A DNA stretch of 57,008 nucleotides, the filler included, from Sphacelaria rigidula (Eukaryota): assembly GCA_964200075.2 (NCBI GenBank). It is 4 parts of 4 records of this genome, joined end to end, with 100 filler letters (N's around TTAATTAATTAA, not from the genome) between each part and the next. Parts side by side here need not be neighbours in the genome. Positions count along the whole stretch, not along the records: positions 42,834 to 57,008 come from CAXNAA020002411.1; 3 more parts are not named here. One strand, written 5' to 3'. Positions within the stretch are counted from its first letter, which is position 1; each line of letters begins with the position of its first letter. This document shows positions 50,632-57,008 of this stretch, piece after piece. Made by a program: the position numbers and the translations under genes. Below the pieces are notes generated by a model. It worked only from the letters and a program-made list of their open reading frames with translations, did not search any database and was not told the DNA's origin.

Positions 50632-52619
50632 GTGTCTCCGGTTTCTTGTAGCAATGGTAGTGAGGGGGGAGGGCGCCAATGGGCATGCTCCCAAAGTGAG
50701 GTGTCTGCTATTGGATCAGTTCCTATCCAGAAGGCGAGTGTGTCTAGCCGTCCTTCGAGTGGTTCGCGGCTGTTGTCGTGTACCGGTGCTCGTACGCTCC
50801 GCGCCCGGCGTCTGAGCGTGATTGTACGAGGCGATGCTCCCCCGGCAGCTGTGAGTGTTTTAGAGTGCGACTTTCGTGATATTTTGCAACCGACGACATT
50901 TTCCCTCTTTCTCCGGCTTCCTCCGATGTCGCGCTGCACGTGATACAGTCTGCAAACGACGCCAACTAATGAATACTATAGCCTATCAGGAGCCACCTTA
51001 ACATCGCTCTTGATGAACCGGCTGCGCTATCATGCATATCAACAGCAGGGCTCTCGTAGGACCACCGTGTTGCAGACGGGAATGCGGCGATAATTGGCTA
51101 TATTCCGTACTGTATGATAGCATAATAATAGTATGTAATGCGTGCAGTGGTACACGTCTACGCACGTTCCGCCAAGGCACGTTCTCGGTTGCCATCGTTA
51201 GTATGTTGTCGTTGCCTTCAAGACGGTGACGAGCCTACCAGGAGTGTGCGTGATCCCCAGTTTTTCGTCGAACTGCGATGGATCCGCGCAACTCGCTGTG
51301 CCACCGCGTCGGTCGTCGTTCCGCATGTATTTGTGTTCCGTGCTCTATCAAGGAACAAACGATCTATACGCGCGAAGGAATCCAACTTTAGGTTTGAACG
51401 CAGTCAAGTTTTGGACTCTCGTCTAGGTTTTAGAATTTTGTCATTCGTCACTTGTGATGATGCCGTGCAATCGTTAGTATACATTTATCGAGTTAGGCTT
51501 TCAACGATATGCGATAACTATGTCAGGGTGTTGGTGGTCATACACGTTCCTGATGTGTGTCTCTGGGTTTCAACAACAGCAGGATCGAAACATGAAGTAT
51601 TTTTGGGTGTACTATATTTAAAACTCGTTCAACAGGCTGAGATTCGTTTGGGTCGGTTTCACGTTAGAGTTCTGCGCCATCGTGCTTGCGTTTTCTCGTT
51701 TTGTTGCAGCTCATCTCTGGAGCTATTCTTGTGATGCGAGATTTATTGTACAGTGTAAAGTCGGCGTATACATGGTAAAATCATTGTTACTATTTCGACT
51801 GCTGGATCCTGCCGGGGGTGTTCCCGATAGCATCTGATGCAGAAGGTGCCTTTTGGAATTCAATGGTCAAAACGTTGCCCTAGTTCAGCGGCGGTCAACA
51901 TTGTGTTGAACCTGGGCTGCAAAGGGGGGGAGGATGATGTTCGAATCAAACGGTCATGACGAAATCCGCTTTGCCGGAGGGTGGTGTGTCGGTTAGGTCG
52001 ACCACCGGGACGGATGGTCACAAACTTTGAGAGAGTCTAGGACATGTCGTGGGCAAGGTAATTGCATAAGAGGTACAGGCGTGTCTTGTGACGAGGTGCC
52101 TCGTATGGGAACTCTGCTCAGACAGTCACGGGCAGGGAGCAGGTAGACAAACAAATGTGTTGAAGCTCATACACCGTTTTTTATTTTAGGGGTGACGATA
52201 CATATATCTGGGCGTCTGGCACTACTGTTGTGCGTCGTAACCTGACGAAGTAGGGTGCGTGGGATTCAGTGGGAGGACGGCTCTACATCTGGGCGCCTCG
52301 ATCACTATATCTTCCACGAATGAGCGTCTATGTTGTTTTGATCAGTGGTCTTGAATCTGTGCGTGTTCCCTACTGTAGCGCACAGTTTTGGCGAGGCTGT
52401 GAGACATAAACTGCGTTCAATATCATCGTATTATGTCTGCTCTGTGAAGTTAACCGGCGGTGGACACGGCCATCACTACGGTCTGCAAACACGTGGCAGG
52501 CAGCGGTGTTTTCTCGTTTCCCTTTTTCTTTCCCCTTCATGACTTTGAAGTTGACCATCGTCGGGATGGGCCGCGCCGTTCATGTCTTCACATTGCTTTT
52601 GCGCTAAGCCGAACAGGAT

Positions 52620-55265
52620 TGCCATGGCAGAGAACACCCCAGGGGTGCTGAAACTCTCGCCAGGATTCGACGGCAGAGATTAAGCCAGTTTTATGAAGTA
52701 AAAGACAAACTCCGCGCTATAATTTCAATCATCAGAAGGCGGTTGTCGATATCCCACAGGGGCAGTCGAGAGCAGAGATCAGCCTGATCAAAAACGATAC
52801 GCCACGCTGTGATTCAGTGGTGCCGACTGTTGAAACATTCTGTCACCCTAACCCACACCCTATAGCCCTAACCGTAACGGTAACCCTAGCGCCAATGAAG
52901 CTGTATCCGTCGCCGACATAGAGAATACATGGCTGGAAACAACAAATTTTACCGTCCCAATCCAAGGACCGGAGAGTGAGCTCTACATATTTTCGTTGGG
53001 ACCCATCAGTGGTGGGAGTGCGCCTAGGCTGCTCATGCAAGCTGCAGCTACCGCCATACTGAGTCAGAAATTGGCCCATCCAAACACGGCTGAATACAAC
53101 GTCCAGCGCGCGTCCCAGCTGGTCATCACAGATTTGATGGGGCCAATCAAACCGGGAGCTCTCGGGGGCTTCAGGTATGTGTACAAAATCTCCGATGAAT
53201 GCAACAGATGGGCGGAGATTTACCTCCTGAAAACGAAGAACTACGTTTTCCACGCGTTCCAGTCGTTCGCACAGTCGACGGTCGTTCCTGGCGGCGTTCG
53301 AGTCGAGCGACTAGGGGCTGACGAAAGGAGAGGTTCTTTGCAACGAGCTCAAAGGGTACTACCGACAGGAAGAAATATTTCTGGCGTGCGCCATCACCAA
53401 CACGCCGCCGCAAATCGGCCTGTCCGCGCGCGTTGGGAGGATGCTGGCAGCCACGGTCCGGTGCATTCTTGCCGACAATGGTCCGCCAACCTTTCTACGG
53501 AGGAATCTGATGTTCATGGTAGCATATTTGTCGCACGGAACGCCGCATTCCGCGCTTGGAATACACTATCTGCTCAAGATGGTGAAGGGGACTGAACCAG
53601 CGTTATCGGAGCGAGGGCTCTCCTATGTAACGATCGGCGGACCCAACACCTCGCTCTCGAGGCACTTGATGGACGATTGGTTGAGTACAGCAGCGACCAC
53701 AAGGGCTACCACATGTGTAATCCGGCCACCCCACGTATCATGGAGAACAGGAACGTTGTCTTCGTCGAGACGCCGTTACAACATATGCCGCCGGGGGAGC
53801 CACAGCTTCTGATACACTCATTTCCGCCCAGTCACTAGGAGCGTGGCGACAGTAGGTCATAACTACGCCACTGACGACGACTTCCCGCGCGACGTCTGCG
53901 ACAACACCTCTGTACTAGCTCAACCGGCCCATATCTCTGACGATCATGTCATTGCCAGCGAGGGCTCGAGAGATCAACAGGTGGCAGAGCTTCTGGACAA
54001 AACCGGCACCATCACCAGGCGTGAGATGATGCACGGCGGTGTTCCGCCCCGTGGATTGTAAGTGAGAACACCGGAGGGCGTTGAACCGCCGGAACAAGTC
54101 ATGACACCCCCGCAGGGCGGAGTTTGCGAACCCAAGGATACACCACCAGCCGAATCACCGCCCAAACCACCCGCCGAATCACCGCTGCTCCACCATCCTC
54201 GACACTTGCGTCAATAATTGACACCTGGGAGGACACTTGCAGGCATCGGGGCGCGCCCCTTCAGGGAACACGACGCAAACAACAACAACAGCAGCAGCAG
54301 CAACAACAATAACCCCGCTTGCGTGTATTTTGCAGCGGCCGCCGACGAAAACACGCTTTCCGAGTTACGGCGGCCGGGACTCTACATCAATGTGTTCCTA
54401 CTGGATGTCGTACACCAGACGTACGCAGCAGAAACTGTCGTGGAGGATACCTGCATAAAGACCAGCCAGATGTGAGTGGGGCAGAAGGCCGAGATACTCC
54501 GAACACGTGCAAAAAAGCATTGAGTCTCCCGGCAAACCAACACTGGGAAATGGCCTCAGACAAAGAAGTGACAAGCCTTAGGGCGAACAGCGTGTACACC
54601 ACTGTGCCGGCTATCTCCGTCTCAACTGGAAAGAAGATTATCGGCTTTCAACGGGTCTACAAGAAGAAAATGGGCAACTCCTACAGGGGTCTAGTCGTCG
54701 CGCTGGACTGGGGGCAAGTCCTTGGCAACGACTGCGGCATCACGCTCGCTCTGGGCTGTAGGATCCACAGCAGCGGCGTTGTGTTGAAAATAGCGGCGGA
54801 GTACAATCTGGATTGCTGGCAACTCGACTACAACACCGCTTTCTGATCGCCGAACTTGAGGAGGATGTGCATTTTAACATTGTGCTCGGGTACGAGTAGT
54901 TTGGCGGCGCAAACAACCATGGAAGCAGAGCTCGTGGCCGCGGTACTTACCACGAAGGAGACCTTCTTTTTCTCGAAGATGATGCGCGAGCTGGGCTTTG
55001 GTACGCGCTTCGACTCCGTTCCCGTCTACATCGACAACACCTCATCTCTTCACGTCGCCGACAACTGGACCAACAGTTCGCGGGTCAAGTACGAGTCAAG
55101 CACATAGATCTACGGTACTTTTTCATTCAGGAACTGGTCAAGGAGGGAAGGACCAAATTTCGTGACGTCAAGAACGAACACCAACGTGCCGACATGAGGA
55201 CCAAGCGCCTCAGCAGGCACAGGCACCGCTACTTCGTCAAGCTGGCCAATGCGTTTAAAGCCTGA
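52620..55265 (+). mobile_element. Decayed, internally deleted Ty1/Copia LTR retrotransposon
   Basis: Integrase (QLVITDLMGPIKPGALGGFRYVYKISDECNRWAEIYLLKTK), RT start (PNTCKKALSLPANQHWEMASDKEVTSLRANSVY...WQLDYNTAF) and RNase H (AQTTMEAELVAA...VYIDNTSSLHV) appear in Copia order IN-RT-RH, with frameshifts and stops. Confidence 0.9.
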
Positions 55266-57008
55266 TTCCCAGTTTATCTCTACGGCTTGTTCCTGTTTTC
55301 TTTCATCTGGGAGACGTAGACAAAATACAGTGCTGGAATGGTTGTGCCTGGTGATGTTCACCCCTGTGGAAACCCAGCGGGTACGTGCGTTGAGCGTGAG
55401 TGTTACGAAAATGAGGATTCAAAGCTCTCGGAGTAAATGCTTCGTAACATGGTGTTCTGTATAACATCGGGGCACAAGTACAGTAGCGTCTGTAGATAGG
55501 GTGCATGTAAAGTGCTGGATGCAGCAAAATATCATCGTCGATCGCTGGTGCTGTCTCGGACATTTAGGTCTGAAGTAGGCGTTGCCTCCCTCGGTCACGT
55601 TTCTACAGACTGTACACCACGGCGGGGTGTTTCGCACTCTCTTGACCACAAGCGGCACCTTTAGCACGATCGTAAGTCTATACTCCTACCACAGTGAGTC
55701 TACTCCTTTGGCTAAACCGCTTCCAGCGTCAGCCTTTGTGAGCACACTATGTTGGAAATATTGGCTCGTGTTGTGTGGTACTGTTACCGTCGCCTGGACA
55801 GTAGTGTATGGCAGAGGTTGCACAGTGGTGGTTGAACCACTTGCTTCTGCAGCAGACAGAAAGTAACAACACGGATGGTGTTTGGTGCTCTTCACTTGGC
55901 CGAACAAAATCAAGCAGCCTCTTTTGAAAGCAGAGGGCTGAAGGAATCGAATGAGAGTGATTGCTTTGCGGGGGGGGTCGACATGAGCAAGTCCAAGCAA
56001 TCTCAGTCCTGGAACGAAAAGCAAAAGTTCTTACACGTACGTGAGACTAGATCGTATATTCAATTCAACATTACTGACGTGCTAATCTTTTCAGCTCGTA
56101 GACAAGATCTACTGCAAGCTACGTGACCTATCTACCTTGATACGGTACACTACTGCACAAGAAAGTATAGCAGCACACTTCTTACTGCAGTATCCTACGT
56201 ACTCATGTGGCTACACGTGTTAAGATATCTGCATCAAAGATCCACATGAAACGGCACTACATGCTTCATAGTTTCATCGAAGCGCTATGAGTTGTACCGC
56301 TATTTGCTCTAGTCGAAACTCATAACATGGAAAATACAACCAGGCTATAAGTTTTGTGTCAATTTCTCAACACACTGAAAATGTACAACGACATTTTCCA
56401 ACAGTACGAACACCCTGGGGTGATAGAATGAAATTTCGAAGTTCATGACTCAGTTTCCACGCCGTAGCACCCAAAAAACGTCATCACTACTCCTGTGGCG
56501 ACTTCAGCCCTGCAAAAAAGCAAACGTTTTGTCCCTTCCTTGCCTCCAGGTATTTCGGTTCTGAACATCTAATTTTCAATCCACATCACTGTATTGTACA
56601 CACCTAAGCAAGCCTTTTTAGGGGGCATAAAAGTTACCCTATACATTATACACGACGCGCATCTATTGACAGCTGCGCTATACCCCATACCTGGAAAGCA
56701 GGGGGAACGTGCACACTGTTATGGGTGCGCCTGATCCCCCCAAATAGGCAAAAAGAGTGTCACCGACCAATATCACGAACAGTCACGAACAGATCGAATT
56801 TTGGGGTTTATCCAGGCTCGTTGGGTAAAATGTGCCTTAAGTCATCGGAAGAGAACGACATGGATCGAAACCTTCACATCGAGAAGAAGTGGACTGCATT
56901 CTGAAATCAGAAAACTACACTTACTGCCGCTGTTGTTCGCTGTTAACAGTGTTTTCGTGAGATTGAGAGTAGATGATACGATTGAGAGTGGCTTTGATCA
57001 TCGCTTCA

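Overview
Eukaryotic, intron-rich and repeat-rich genomic DNA. The style (long introns, many foldback MITEs, tRNA-derived SINEs, Copia relics) suggests a brown alga or related stramenopile, which is an inference. Three artificial N-TTAATTAATTAA-N linkers split the window into four joined pieces. Three + strand genes can be rebuilt by hand with phase-consistent splice sites. (1) A 2-exon USP1-like deubiquitinase (1532-2280, 7303-9643) with a ubiquitin-tail-like LRGG motif near its C-terminus. (2) A WDR76/Cmr1-like WD40 gene (at least 9 exons, 30952-42251, 5' end not found) that needs one GC-AG intron. (3) A class-V PLP aminotransferase/cysteine-desulfurase-like gene (at least 11 exons, 43956-~50630) with one in-frame TAA in a conserved motif, so it is a young pseudogene, null allele or sequence error. 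The rest holds nested MITEs (including a hAT MITE with an 8-bp TSD), two SINE heads, a decayed Ty1/Copia element (~52.6-55.3 kb), a candidate short-intron minus-strand gene (11.2-12.6 kb), possible decayed transposase-like tracts and a near-perfect 80-nt hairpin. I saw no rRNA, intact tRNA or CRISPR array, and nothing I can firmly call a new biological system.
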